From the IMG/VR virus record IMGVR_UViG_3300025087_000038, positions 32,001 to 96,000 of that record: DNA of 64,000 nucleotides. One strand, 5' to 3'. The position numbers were made by a program, and so were the translations under genes. Source of the stretch: a virus. Of the stretch, positions 45,069-55,354 are shown piece after piece; the first letter of the stretch is position 1; each line of letters starts with the position of its first letter. The notes beneath the pieces are model-generated. The model worked only from the letters and a program-made list of their open reading frames with translations, made no database searches and had not been told where the DNA came from.

Positions 45069-45256
45069 ATCAAGTTGCCTGGGGTATTATTAGAGGATTT
45101 ATTGCAGGAGTTGCGATTTTAGCGGTTTTTGGATTTTTATTTGGGAAATGGGATAGTAAAGAACTTATGGTGTACGGGTTATCTGTGTTTGTAATGATAA
45201 TGGGTGCTCTACTAATTGGTAAATTTTGTTTTCCATTCTAGTTTAAAGGGGGAAAA

Positions 45257-45748
45257 ATGATACCAGAAATACAATTAGATGAAGAAACAAAAGAACTAGC
45301 AAAAGTAAAAAGTTGGCAAATAGACTGGATACAAGAATTAGAGGGAGAGATACCAATTGATGTAAATGTTACTATAGACCAGGCGCGGAATTTAATGGTC
45401 AAGTTCTGGGCAGCTTGTGGTAACATAATCAATATGAAAGCTGGAATACGAAACTACAAAAATAGTGTTGACCATAGTAAAGATGTAATGTTTATCCAGT
45501 TGAAGATGGTTGCAAAACAAGAAGGAACCAAAGAACTATCGGATGCGGCAAGGATAAGGATAGCAGAATCAGACCCGGTTTATTTGAGCAGATGTCAGGA
45601 GCGAGATAGGGCAGTAGCGTTGTATGAATGGATAGAAGAAAAACTAAAACATATCGAACGTGGGCACTATATGTGTAAGTTTTTAGCTGGTGATATGCAA
45701 GGCGATATGAATAGGACACCTGGTATAGAAGTAGGAAAGAATGGATAA
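45257..45748 (+). CDS. helical protein, possibly UvsY-like recombination mediator
   Basis: Long helices; SDAARIRIAESDPVY motif; near recA and ruvC. Confidence 0.35.
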   Translation: MIPEIQLDEETKELAKVKSWQIDWIQELEGEIPIDVNVTIDQARNLMVKFWAACGNIINMKAGIRNYKNSVDHSKDVMFIQLKMVAKQEGTKELSDAARIRIAESDPVYLSRCQERDRAVALYEWIEEKLKHIERGHYMCKFLAGDMQGDMNRTPGIEVGKNG

Positions 45749-45880
45749 AGGGATGAAAGATTGGTTTGATACTTGGGGAACACAATTGATTATTGTAATT
45801 TTGCCCCCCCTTTGTTTTAGCGTTTATACAAATGAATAATGATGCGCATAGAACGGGTAGAAAGGAGGCGATAATAAGAG

Positions 45881-46117
45881 ATGATTAAAATGAATAAGGG
45901 TGTGGTGTTAGGTTTTACTCCGGTAGAGATTATGATAGTCGTTGCAATTATAGGATTGTTCATCGTCACTGATATACTCGGTAGAAGGGAGATAAAAGAA
46001 AAAAGTAGGAACAAACAAGAAAGCGGGGTAACTTACTATGGTAATAGTATAGAAATACGGGTAGACGGAAATAGGTTAGACGGAAAAAGAGTAAAGTTAG
46101 AAATATCTACCAAATAA
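45881..46117 (+). CDS. small protein with type IV prepilin-like N-terminal motif
   Basis: G|FTPVEIMIVVAIIGL. Confidence 0.65.
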   Translation: MIKMNKGVVLGFTPVEIMIVVAIIGLFIVTDILGRREIKEKSRNKQESGVTYYGNSIEIRVDGNRLDGKRVKLEISTK

Positions 46118-46127
46118 AGGAGGAGTA

Positions 46128-46274
46128 ATGAACAAATGATGTACTTTAGTAGAGACTATGGTAGTCGTTGCAATTATAGGATGTCTGGCATTGATATTAG
46201 CACCAGTTGTGCAGAAGGTAGCAACGGGGGGCAAACGGGGTGAATCGCACGGAGTAATAGTTTACCAACGGTAG
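46128..46274 (+). pseudogene. degraded second prepilin-like gene
   Basis: AGGAGG RBS; MNK*CTLVETMVVVAIIG; shares TAGTCGTTGCAATTATAGGAT with the upstream gene. Confidence 0.55.
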
Positions 46275-46379
46275 TAACCGGGTCGGGGCCTGTGCCTATA
46301 ATAGATATTTTTAAAGGGTACACTACAACAAGTGAACAAGAAAGGACACATAAATAAAAAATGGTAAGGGAGGTGAAAA

Positions 46380-46745
46380 ATGGCTAATTTAGATGATTTG
46401 AATATGTTTCTTAAAAAGGACGACTTGAAGGAAGGCGATGAGATAATTTTCTGTAACGCTGGTGAAATAAAAGATATAGATTTCTCTAAAGGGCAAGATG
46501 GTTCTGAAGTAAGGAGAGCTTTTCAAGTATCTGTAGAAGTAGAAGGAAGACCCGGAGAAAAACTTTATACACCCAATTCTACAACAATCCACGCTCTTTC
46601 TGCATCTTGGGGTAAGGATACCGATAGTTGGGTAGGAAAGAAAGGAAGAGTTTCTTTTGTTAAGCAATTAGCTTTTGGAAAATTAACTGACGTGTTAATT
46701 TTACAGCCAGTAGTAATAGTACCTTCAACAGCTCCTACAACATAA
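46380..46745 (+). CDS. putative OB-fold ssDNA-binding-like protein
   Basis: FLKKDDL...NSTT...WGKDTDSWVGK. Confidence 0.45.
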   Translation: MANLDDLNMFLKKDDLKEGDEIIFCNAGEIKDIDFSKGQDGSEVRRAFQVSVEVEGRPGEKLYTPNSTTIHALSASWGKDTDSWVGKKGRVSFVKQLAFGKLTDVLILQPVVIVPSTAPTT

Positions 46746-46751
46746 GGAAAA

Positions 46752-47219
46752 ATGGTTACTTTAGGACTTGATGTTTCAACAGTGGCGGTTGGTTGGGCTT
46801 TATGGAAAGATGAAGTAGGAATAGAAGGGACAGGGATGATTGAGTTTGATAAAAAGTCATCCCTACCTTCTAAACTTAGATATGCTAATAGCTATTTTCA
46901 GCATTTGTATGAAACCTTGAAACCGGATAAGGTAGTAATGGAAGATTCTTATTTTTCTTTCAACATTAAAACATTAAAGGTTTTGTGCATGGTTCAAGGG
47001 GCAGTTTTAAGTAGCTGGAACGGTGAGAATGTAATACTTGTAAATGCTTCAAGAGCAAGAAAACAATTTGGAATTGAAGGGAAGGGTAAGGGACAAGGAA
47101 GAATGAAAAGGGAAGAAGTAAAAAAAGTAGTAAAAGAAAAAATAAAAGAAAAATTTGGAATTGAAATACAAAACGATGACATAGCAGACGCCATCGTTTT
47201 AGCTTGTTATAAGGAGTAG
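46752..47219 (+). CDS. ruvC: RuvC-like Holliday junction resolvase
   Basis: LGLDVSTVAVGWA; VVME; DDIADAI. Confidence 0.85.
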   Translation: MVTLGLDVSTVAVGWALWKDEVGIEGTGMIEFDKKSSLPSKLRYANSYFQHLYETLKPDKVVMEDSYFSFNIKTLKVLCMVQGAVLSSWNGENVILVNASRARKQFGIEGKGKGQGRMKREEVKKVVKEKIKEKFGIEIQNDDIADAIVLACYKE

Positions 47220-47221
47220 AA

Positions 47222-48247
47222 ATGTTAGAAGATACTCTAAAAGCTTTGGAAAAGAAATTCGGAAAAGGAACTATTTGTATAGCTAGTCAAATGCTAGGAA
47301 CAACTTTAGAAAGAGAGAGTACGGGTTCTTTAGCTTTGGATATTGAAACTGGAGGGGGATTTCCTAAGGGGCGAGTAGTTGAAATCTACGGCGACGAAGC
47401 AAGTGGGAAGACATCTTTAGCATTATTAACGGTAGCAGAGATGCAAAGGAAAAGTGGTAAGGTAGTTTGGGTAGACGCTGAAGGAACCCTTGATAGACCT
47501 TGGGCAAAAACTTTAGGGGTGGATTTGGATAAGTTATATCTTTCTGTTCCGGAAACTGGTGAAATAGCTTGCGATGTTTTGGATTCAGTAGTAAGGTCTG
47601 GAGATTGTAGTTTAGCTGTTTTAGATAGTGTAGCAGCGCTTATTCCTGTAAGTGATGTAGAAAAGTCTATGGTAGATGATCCTGAAAGATTAGGCGAACG
47701 TGCAATGATGGTAAATAGGTTAGTAAGAAAACTTCAAAGCGCTTTAAACATAAGAACTGGCGAAGATAGATTACCCAACAACTGTATAGTAATTTTTATA
47801 AACCAAATAAGAGAAGCAATTGGCATTTATGGGAACCCCGAATTTACTCCTGGTGGAAGAGGTAAAGATTTTTCATACAGTATAAGACTTCACATAAGAA
47901 GAGGTGATTGGATAGAATTAGGCAAAGGAAATGAAAAAGAAAGAATAGGTTATACCGTTAAATTTAGAACTACTAAAAACAAAACATACCCCCCACATAG
48001 AGTGGGGGAGTTTGATTTTTACTTTAAAGGTGATAAGGCTGGAAAAATAGATAAAACGAAAGAGGTAATGATTTACTCAATTTTATATGGACTAATTGAA
48101 CAAGCCGGCGCATTTTATACAATTGGAGAAGAAAAAATTCAAGGAAAAGAAACTGTAAAAACTTATCTAGATAGTAAACCAGAACTAGTAGAAAAGTTGA
48201 AAAAAGATTTATGTAGTATAATCTTTAAAGAAAGCGGAGTAAAATGA
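47222..48247 (+). CDS. recA: RecA-like recombinase
   Basis: STGSLALDI; GDEASGKT; DAEG; DSVAAL; FINQIRE; TPGG; KNKT. Confidence 0.95.
   Translation: MLEDTLKALEKKFGKGTICIASQMLGTTLERESTGSLALDIETGGGFPKGRVVEIYGDEASGKTSLALLTVAEMQRKSGKVVWVDAEGTLDRPWAKTLGVDLDKLYLSVPETGEIACDVLDSVVRSGDCSLAVLDSVAALIPVSDVEKSMVDDPERLGERAMMVNRLVRKLQSALNIRTGEDRLPNNCIVIFINQIREAIGIYGNPEFTPGGRGKDFSYSIRLHIRRGDWIELGKGNEKERIGYTVKFRTTKNKTYPPHRVGEFDFYFKGDKAGKIDKTKEVMIYSILYGLIEQAGAFYTIGEEKIQGKETVKTYLDSKPELVEKLKKDLCSIIFKESGVK
48212..48222 (+). promoter_or_regulatory. YGTAGTATAAT promoter-like motif embedded in the recA 3' end
   Basis: TGTAGTATAAT ~20 nt before the next ATG. Confidence 0.55.
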
Positions 48248-48504
48248 ACAATCTTCCTAAAGATACTACAATGAACATTTATGCTGAACATGGGGATAAA
48301 GTACAGTTTAAGTACCCAAAAGGTGGGTATGATTCCGATATTACTATTGCGGAAAAATATTTAAAACCAAACGCTGTTTATACGGTAGATTTTACAACTG
48401 TTGGCGGATTTCATACAAGTGTTTATTTACAGGAGTTTTCTAGGGTGCCGTTTAATAGTTGTTTATTTTGTGACGTTAAAAAGAAAGGCAAAATAAGTTG
48501 TTAA
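48244..48504 (+). CDS. hypothetical protein
   Basis: 86-aa coupled ORF. Confidence 0.55.
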   Translation: MNNLPKDTTMNIYAEHGDKVQFKYPKGGYDSDITIAEKYLKPNAVYTVDFTTVGGFHTSVYLQEFSRVPFNSCLFCDVKKKGKISC

Positions 48505-48809
48505 AAGAATCATATTTAGCTAACATTAAAAAGCTACCTATTGAGGCAGTTAAAATTGTAGTTATAGGGGGACGATCTGTATTAGGGCCTTCTTGGGGAT
48601 TAGTATCAGATTATAAATCTGGAAAAATAGATTGGAATGGGTATACAGAAAGATTTAATAAAGAAATGGATAATGAGAAGTGTCGGGTAGAAATGAAAAG
48701 GATAAGAGAGTTGTCCAAGGACAGAGATGTATTTTTAATTTGTTACGAAGGGGAATATCCTTGTCATAGGTTTTTACTTTTAGATAAGATAAATAACTTA
48801 GGAGATTAA
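48498..48809 (+). CDS. DUF488-like protein
   Basis: LGPSW...W..Y.ERF..EM...LICYE...CHR. Confidence 0.7.
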   Translation: MLKESYLANIKKLPIEAVKIVVIGGRSVLGPSWGLVSDYKSGKIDWNGYTERFNKEMDNEKCRVEMKRIRELSKDRDVFLICYEGEYPCHRFLLLDKINNLGD

Positions 48810-48810
48810 A

Positions 48811-49260
48811 ATGAACAATCCTATAACTGTTGTAGCAACTTCAGGGTACTTTGATCCTATACATTCAGGGCACATAGAATTATTTAAAAAAGCAAAAGAA
48901 CTAGGTGATAGGTTGATAGTTATTCTTAATACTGATAAACAATCAAAACTGAAAAAGGGTTTTGTGTTTATGCCACAAGCAGAAAGGAAAAAAATTATAG
49001 AATCAATTCGCTGGGTAGATGAGGTAGTATACTCAATAGACAAAGATACTACGCAATGTAAAACATTGGCGAAACTTAAACCAAATATCTTTGCAAAAGG
49101 TGGTGACCGCTTTGCTGGTGAAATTCCAGAAACACTGGTGTGTAAAAAATTGGGTATAAAAATAGTAGATGGTTTGGGTGGGAAGGTTCAATCGTCCTCA
49201 GATTTATTGTGGGACTTTTATAAGAACTACCATTTCAAGTTACCAGGAGTTATAATATGA
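48811..49260 (+). CDS. HxGH cytidylyl/adenylyltransferase
   Basis: SGYFDPIHSGH; ERKKII; KGGDR; SSS. Confidence 0.85.
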   Translation: MNNPITVVATSGYFDPIHSGHIELFKKAKELGDRLIVILNTDKQSKLKKGFVFMPQAERKKIIESIRWVDEVVYSIDKDTTQCKTLAKLKPNIFAKGGDRFAGEIPETLVCKKLGIKIVDGLGGKVQSSSDLLWDFYKNYHFKLPGVII

Positions 49261-49508
49261 AACCGGATAAAGAACTAAGTTACAGTAGAACCTTACACTT
49301 ATGTAGTAATGGCCATGACGAGGTTTGTTTTCACGGTGGTGATTGCCCTGTGTGTCACGAGAAAGATCGTAGCAAGGACGAATTACGCGGAATAGGATTC
49401 TTAGAAAGTAGAGTCAGTACGTTAGAATTGGAAATAAAAGAGATTAGGAGTGGCAAAAAAGAGATGCCAAAATGGAAAATAGTGGAATCCCAAAATACCT
49501 TGAAATAA
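49257..49508 (+). CDS. small Zn-binding/coiled-coil protein
   Basis: CSNGHDEVC...CPVC. Confidence 0.5.
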   Translation: MKPDKELSYSRTLHLCSNGHDEVCFHGGDCPVCHEKDRSKDELRGIGFLESRVSTLELEIKEIRSGKKEMPKWKIVESQNTLK

Positions 49509-49834
49509 AGATAAAGAAACTGTCTAGGAGTCAAGAACGAAGACTAAAAGTTCAGTTAGACAAAGCAGGAATGCACGCAAGAGTTCAAGCCGGAAGTGGT
49601 AATTTATGGGGCGCAAAAGGGGATGTAAGAACAAAAGATGAATTATGGGAATGTAAAGTAACACGGGGGAAACAAATGGTAGTAAAAGAAGAATGGTTGA
49701 AGAAGATATTTGAAGAAGCAGTAAAAGAAGGTAGAACGCCAAAGATTTGTTTAGAGTTTAAGGGATTTAAACTAATAGGAAATGTAGAAAAGCAATTGAG
49801 GGGACGACTTTCACAGATGGCGATGGTAGAATGA
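49472..49834 (+). CDS. PD-(D/E)xK nuclease, resolvase-like
   Basis: GSGN...KGDV...ECK...WLKKIFEEA. Confidence 0.65.
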   Translation: MENSGIPKYLEIKIKKLSRSQERRLKVQLDKAGMHARVQAGSGNLWGAKGDVRTKDELWECKVTRGKQMVVKEEWLKKIFEEAVKEGRTPKICLEFKGFKLIGNVEKQLRGRLSQMAMVE

Positions 49835-49859
49835 AATTTAAGAACTATTTTTTAATAAT

Positions 49860-50141
49860 TTGGAGTTACCTAAATGCCTATATACTAGTTACAAGATGGA
49901 TGTATTGGTGTTTATGGATATCAGCGTGCACAGTTATTTGGAGAGGGCTAAAATGAAAATAACCGGTTCTAAATGGGGCCCTACTGCAAATATATTATTT
50001 ATAAAGTGTAACTGTGGCAATACTATTACCCATCCTGTCAACAAATGGGTAGTAAAATGCCCAAAATGTACTAGGATTGGTAATTTACAAGATTTGAGAG
50101 AGGAATATGCGAAAGGAGCAGAAGATGAAAACGGTATTTGA
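49860..50141 (+). CDS. Zn-ribbon protein (true start probably MKITG)
   Basis: CNCG...CPKC. Confidence 0.45.
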   Translation: MELPKCLYTSYKMDVLVFMDISVHSYLERAKMKITGSKWGPTANILFIKCNCGNTITHPVNKWVVKCPKCTRIGNLQDLREEYAKGAEDENGI

Positions 50142-50475
50142 TAGTAGTGATTTAGGTGAAATGCAAGAAATGGTTAAGGAGTTTATACCGTTTAAAGAGA
50201 GTGAAGTAAGGTATATGCATTTTCCACGACCAGAGAAAGAGGTAAACTTTTTCTCTAAGAAGAGTTGGCTTGCTGAAAAGTTAGGGTGGGATGATAAGCG
50301 ATATAGAATGTTAACTATAGCTCTTGACCACAGTGGCAGGATAGGCATCTCTTTGTGTAGTAAAAAGGACAGGTATAATCGTAGGTTGGGGAATACAATA
50401 GCTGGGAATAGGTTAAGGGATTTTGATAAGATATTGGAAAGGGAAAAGGGTAGAAATGAAAGTAATAAAGTATAA
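50107..50475 (+). CDS. hypothetical phage protein
   Basis: GISLCSKKDRYNRRLG..IA..R motif. Confidence 0.55.
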   Translation: MRKEQKMKTVFDSSDLGEMQEMVKEFIPFKESEVRYMHFPRPEKEVNFFSKKSWLAEKLGWDDKRYRMLTIALDHSGRIGISLCSKKDRYNRRLGNTIAGNRLRDFDKILEREKGRNESNKV

Positions 50476-50761
50476 AGTAGAGGTGTTTGAAGGTACTATG
50501 GATTGGGTTCATGGTATGGGGCAATGGATAGACGAAATATTTATACCAGAAAAGAAGTTGTGTTTTAATGCTATAAAAGGGCTGAATATATTTGGGGCCG
50601 AAATATCAAGAGCTACAAGGGACAAACAAGAAATAGAAATACCTGATGAGATAGCGAGAAGCTTAGGTATGCTTTTAAAGGTTACGGAAGAAATAAACAA
50701 AGAAAAAGAAACTCTGTTACAGGAAATAAAGAAAAAGAAAATATTGGAGGATAACAAATGA
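50423..50761 (+). CDS. hypothetical protein
   Basis: Coupled ORF. Confidence 0.5.
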   Translation: MIRYWKGKRVEMKVIKYKVEVFEGTMDWVHGMGQWIDEIFIPEKKLCFNAIKGLNIFGAEISRATRDKQEIEIPDEIARSLGMLLKVTEEINKEKETLLQEIKKKKILEDNK

Positions 50762-51030
50762 CTAGAATTATTCCTTTTAACAAAGAATGTAGAGAAAGGT
50801 TTGCTTGTGATATAAACAGTTGGGCAAGATTTAATTCCCGACATCCAGAATCATATGGTAGCATAAGACAAGATGAGATGAGGTTGATACTTTCCTTGTT
50901 GGGGGTTGCGTTTAATCGGGAACTTTATGGTAGTAGGGAAGGATTCCGCAAGTTTTGTAATTTAATGGGATTTGACTATAAGGTTTTAACTTCTTACCAG
51001 AAGAGTTACAAAAAGGGGGGGAAAGCGTGA
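50758..51030 (+). CDS. hypothetical protein
   Basis: GGAGG RBS; coupled. Confidence 0.5.
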   Translation: MTRIIPFNKECRERFACDINSWARFNSRHPESYGSIRQDEMRLILSLLGVAFNRELYGSREGFRKFCNLMGFDYKVLTSYQKSYKKGGKA

Positions 51031-52115
51031 AATTTATACACACAAGCGATTTTCATTTAAGTAAGAACCTACGGTTACAGGATTACGTAAAATCGTTAAC
51101 CCAAATTCGGGATTTTGCTATAACAAATAAAGTAGAATTTGTCATTGTATCAGGGGACATTTATGATAAACACACTCCTGATAACGAAGCACGAGTAGTA
51201 TTTAAACAATGGTTGTATGATTTAATGAAGGCAAACATTTTCATTTTTATTTTACTTGGCACACATGATGAGGCAAACGTAGCCCATGCTTTACAGGACA
51301 TAAACATTTACGGGTTTAAAAACATAGTGCTGATGGACAAAGTAGACATCTATAACGTTGATTGGAATGGGTGTAAGTTATCATTTTTAGCAGTTCCACA
51401 TGTATCAAAAGGTAAAGTAAGTAATCCACAACAATACATTATAGAAAAAATACAAGAACTAAAAGGAAAACTGACTGAAGATAGGTTTAATATTTTTACA
51501 GGACATTTTACTACTACCGGTGCTTTAAACTCTTCTGGGTATAGTTTAGATAAGTTTGATGAGGTAGTGGTACCCAAAGAGTTGTTGATTGACACTATTT
51601 TTAACTATGTAGCTTTGGGACATATCCATAAAGAACAAACATTATGTATGGAACCCCCGGTGATTTACGCTGGTGGGATAGAGAGAAAAGACTTTGGGGA
51701 ACGGGATAACCATCCGCAGTTTGTTTACTATTTTCAGAATTTCGATGGTAGTTATGACATACAATATCATCCCTTACAGGTTAGACCCATGCGGCAATGG
51801 AATATCAATGAAGGGGATAGTTTACCAATTTGTGAACCAGGAGAAATAGTAAAACTGATAATAAAGGTAAAAAAGGAACGGGTGAAGAATATTTGTATAC
51901 CGGAAATAGTTTCACAAATGAAGATGAGGGGTGCTTATAGTGCAGATGTAGAATTAGATATAGAAAAAACATTAGAAACTGAATCAGAAATAAAACTAAA
52001 AGACAACTGGTCTTGGGGCGACTTGTTACGGCAATGGTTAGAAAAAGAGTATAAAGGAAATATAAGCGTGGAAGAAATAACCAAAGAATTGGTAACAATA
52101 ACTGAGGAGAAATGA
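51027..52115 (+). CDS. sbcD: SbcD/Mre11-like nuclease
   Basis: HTSDFH; SGDIYD; GTHD; GH; YVALGHIH; FGE. Confidence 0.9.
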   Translation: MKFIHTSDFHLSKNLRLQDYVKSLTQIRDFAITNKVEFVIVSGDIYDKHTPDNEARVVFKQWLYDLMKANIFIFILLGTHDEANVAHALQDINIYGFKNIVLMDKVDIYNVDWNGCKLSFLAVPHVSKGKVSNPQQYIIEKIQELKGKLTEDRFNIFTGHFTTTGALNSSGYSLDKFDEVVVPKELLIDTIFNYVALGHIHKEQTLCMEPPVIYAGGIERKDFGERDNHPQFVYYFQNFDGSYDIQYHPLQVRPMRQWNINEGDSLPICEPGEIVKLIIKVKKERVKNICIPEIVSQMKMRGAYSADVELDIEKTLETESEIKLKDNWSWGDLLRQWLEKEYKGNISVEEITKELVTITEEK

Positions 52116-52336
52116 AAATAATCTTATATAATGGACTAAAGTATTCTATAGGTTTGCCAATATTGGTAGGTGTTACTTTAGCGGGCCTTTTAGGTCTATT
52201 TATTATTATAGTGGGAACATATCTCGGAATGCTTATAGGTATAGTTGCCCGCGAAGATTATATATGCTGTGAGGATTTGAAGGACTTTTTGGAACCTTTC
52301 TTGGAAATTTGGGCGCCAATAACGGAGGAGGTATAA
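52112..52336 (+). CDS. small membrane protein
   Basis: Long hydrophobic stretch. Confidence 0.5.
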   Translation: MKIILYNGLKYSIGLPILVGVTLAGLLGLFIIIVGTYLGMLIGIVAREDYICCEDLKDFLEPFLEIWAPITEEV

Positions 52337-52337
52337 T

Positions 52338-52595
52338 ATGTTCTGGAAAAAGAAAAAAGTTGTTGATCCAATAGAAAAATTAGAGGTAATTAGTAAGATT
52401 GGTCCTTTAAAAATATATGGAATGACATTTAAGTACGACGATCTATCCTGGTGTGAACTTATGGGAAAATCCGAAGATGGACAGTGGTGGGAACTTGCTA
52501 CTATAGGATATATAGGGAAGAACAAAGTAGAATTTCATAGAATGAATATAAAAATAGAAAAGTTATTAGAGGAAAAGTTAAATGGATCTACATAA
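52338..52595 (+). CDS. hypothetical protein
   Basis: GGAGGAGG RBS. Confidence 0.55.
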   Translation: MFWKKKKVVDPIEKLEVISKIGPLKIYGMTFKYDDLSWCELMGKSEDGQWWELATIGYIGKNKVEFHRMNIKIEKLLEEKLNGST

Positions 52596-54636
52596 ACTAG
52601 AATTAGAAGGGATAGGAAGCTACATAGAGAAGACAGAACTAGACTTTAACAAGCTAAAACTCGCCCTTATAAAGGGCGGCAATGGTAGCGGTAAGTCTTG
52701 GTTATTGGATGCTATTGCTTGGGCATTATACGATGAAACAATAAGAGGGTATAAGAAGGATGAGGCAATAAATAACATAGTAAAAGAAGGTAGAGTAAAT
52801 CTGTTTTTATCGGATGAGAAGAACAGAACGATTCTAATAGACAGGAGAAGAAAAACAGATAAAGGCGATGCAACAGTTTCAATAGATGGAATAACCAAAT
52901 ACGGAACCCTCCCAGAAATGCAAAAAATAATAATTGATTTAATTGGCATGAATTTTACTTTATTTCGGAACAGTTGTATGTTTGGCCAGAACGATTTGAT
53001 AGAATTCGCTTCTACAACTGATAAAGGGAGAAAAGATATTATAGGGTATTTAGTTGGATTTGATGAATTGGATATATGGTTAGAGAAAGTAAGAAAAGTA
53101 AAAGGGATAACCGAGAAAACTTTGGAAGCACTAACAACAGCAATTTCAATAAACATGCAACAAATTTCAAAGGTAGTAGTAGAAGATATAGAACAATTAG
53201 AAAGAGACATAACTGAATTAAAGATAAGATTGGGTATTTTAGAAGAAAGAAAGAATAAGATACAGGCAAACACAATTTTATTGGATAAAAAGTTAGGGCT
53301 GGAGTCTAAACGGGAAGGCATTATAAAACAAATAGATGTTTTAAAAGAAGAAATAAAAAACAACGAACAAGCGCTAACGCAAAAGGAAGCGACTTTTACT
53401 TTATTGGCAAGTATAAATGGGGAGTTAGGTAAGTGCGAAGAGGAACTATCTAAACAACCCGGTCTGAAAACAGAAGAGGAAAATTGCCGTAAGATACTAT
53501 CTGAGATTTCTAATAGAAAATCAGTAGCAGAATCATTATTGCGGCAGTATAGAGATGAATTAGATGAAATCACAAATTTAAATTCTGGGGTTTGTTCTAA
53601 GTGCAGACAGTCTGTTACCACTGATTGGCTAGAATCCCAGAAGTCGATTGTAGCCAAAAATGCAATCGGGCAAGATAAAGAAGTAAAGATATTTTTAGAT
53701 GGATATAAAGAAGAAGGCATAAAGTTGCAAGAAATATTAGCAAAAGAAAAGGCGCTTGATAAAATTAGAGAGAATAAAGAAGAACTATTAAGGAAACAAG
53801 GTCAACTATTAGCCAAAGTAACTTTAATTGAGAAAATAGAAAAGGATTTAGAAATACAAGGAACTAAACTATCTTTGTTGAATGAGGGTTCTGTTGCTGT
53901 AGATAAAGAATTAAAAGAGATAGTGGTAGAAGATATAGACAGAAACGAAATATTTACTGTTTCAAAAGAACTAATAGAGAAGCAGTCAGCAAAAGATTCT
54001 TTGCAGGAAAGAAAAACGATAGCGCAGCAACAGATAAATTTGAAAAAACAATTAGAAGATTCGCTATCTAAAAATGAAGGGGAACGAAAAGTAACTCTCT
54101 GGAAACTGGAAATAAATAAGGTGCTGGAAGAGGCATTAGGTCAAAGTGGGATACGAAATATTCTGATTGAAAGTTTGATACCGATAATGGAGCAGAAGGC
54201 AAACGAATATTTAACCCTACTTTTAGATGGCGTAACGGTAAGTTTTGATACGAAAGTAGAAGGCAAAACTGTTATCAAAGATGAGTTTGCAATTTTAATA
54301 ACTGATAGCCGGGGTAGAGAACCAGTAACAAGATCGTTTAAAGGGTGGTCAGGGGGCGAGAAATTGTTGATAGCCCTTGTTCTTAGGTTGGTGCTTTGGA
54401 ATATAGGTTACATGAAAAGTAAGACCAGAATGAACTTTATTTTAATGGACGAGATTTTGGGTTGTCTGGAACAAAAGAATAGAGAAAAAGTAATAGAATT
54501 ACTGGTAAAACTGAACAGCGAATTAAATGTTAAAATTTTGCTGATTGAGCATTTAGAAGAATTAGAAGAACGGTTTCCGCAAGTTATATCAGTAACCAAT
54601 AACGGAGGTAGTAAGATAGAATGGATAAAAGAGTAG
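52582..54636 (+). CDS. sbcC: SbcC/Rad50-like ATPase
   Basis: GGNGSGKS; Q-loop; CSKC hook; coiled coils; SGGE; MDE; IEH. Confidence 0.92.
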   Translation: MDLHKLELEGIGSYIEKTELDFNKLKLALIKGGNGSGKSWLLDAIAWALYDETIRGYKKDEAINNIVKEGRVNLFLSDEKNRTILIDRRRKTDKGDATVSIDGITKYGTLPEMQKIIIDLIGMNFTLFRNSCMFGQNDLIEFASTTDKGRKDIIGYLVGFDELDIWLEKVRKVKGITEKTLEALTTAISINMQQISKVVVEDIEQLERDITELKIRLGILEERKNKIQANTILLDKKLGLESKREGIIKQIDVLKEEIKNNEQALTQKEATFTLLASINGELGKCEEELSKQPGLKTEEENCRKILSEISNRKSVAESLLRQYRDELDEITNLNSGVCSKCRQSVTTDWLESQKSIVAKNAIGQDKEVKIFLDGYKEEGIKLQEILAKEKALDKIRENKEELLRKQGQLLAKVTLIEKIEKDLEIQGTKLSLLNEGSVAVDKELKEIVVEDIDRNEIFTVSKELIEKQSAKDSLQERKTIAQQQINLKKQLEDSLSKNEGERKVTLWKLEINKVLEEALGQSGIRNILIESLIPIMEQKANEYLTLLLDGVTVSFDTKVEGKTVIKDEFAILITDSRGREPVTRSFKGWSGGEKLLIALVLRLVLWNIGYMKSKTRMNFILMDEILGCLEQKNREKVIELLVKLNSELNVKILLIEHLEELEERFPQVISVTNNGGSKIEWIKE

Positions 54637-55151
54637 ATAACTATTCTTTCATTATGGATCAAATGATACATAATGTTAAAGTATATTTTAAAGACCTGGA
54701 AGTATTTGTTTCAAAAGGACGTTTGAAATCAGATAGAATACCAGATTTTGTTGTACGTATACCTATTCGATTTAAGGCAAATATAGAAGAGAGATGGGAC
54801 CCTAAATCTTGGAATATCAAGGCTGCTTTAGGATATAAATGTCAGTTATGCACTGAATTTTTTAAGATGTCCTTTACTTGTTCTCCATGTCCTTTTTCTA
54901 AATTTGAACATACTGGCGTTGGAGGTTATGGATGCCAAATGTGGATAAAATGTATGGTGAGTCCTTATAGAAAAGATAGCAGACACGCTTTTACAACATG
55001 GTTTAAATGTCACCTTACAGAACCAACGTTGTGGTTTGATAAACAGTGGGCTAAGATAGTATGGGCAAATAGAAATAAGCAACGAGCGCAGGAGCAACTT
55101 CATAAGCTATTAAGGGCAGGAAGGAGGTATATAGAATGGATAAAAGAATAG
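54621..55151 (+). CDS. Cys-rich hypothetical protein
   Basis: CQLC...CSPCPF...GC. Confidence 0.55.
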   Translation: MDKRVDNYSFIMDQMIHNVKVYFKDLEVFVSKGRLKSDRIPDFVVRIPIRFKANIEERWDPKSWNIKAALGYKCQLCTEFFKMSFTCSPCPFSKFEHTGVGGYGCQMWIKCMVSPYRKDSRHAFTTWFKCHLTEPTLWFDKQWAKIVWANRNKQRAQEQLHKLLRAGRRYIEWIKE

Positions 55152-55354
55152 AGAATAAGATAAAAAAGTATTTGGATGGCGTAAAAGGGTATCCCAATGT
55201 TGAGAAGGTTATGACGGGATGGTTTAAAGTTATGTTTGCTAGTAAAACAAAACACGCTCAACGTTCTAGACAAGAGATAATTGATAGACTAAATGAACTA
55301 TATAGTGCGAATATCGCATTAGCAGATTGGGATAAACAGAGAAAGAAAATATGA
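55136..55354 (+). CDS. hypothetical protein
   Basis: AAGGAGGT RBS. Confidence 0.55.
   Translation: MDKRIENKIKKYLDGVKGYPNVEKVMTGWFKVMFASKTKHAQRSRQEIIDRLNELYSANIALADWDKQRKKI

Noticed and set aside
46128-46274. TGA read as Gly (genetic code 25), since TGA sits where the prepilin Gly is expected
   Set aside because: TGA terminates many well-defined genes here (ATGA couplings at queD, folE, recA and sbcD) and long genes have no internal TGA. A single GGA to TGA mutation is simpler.
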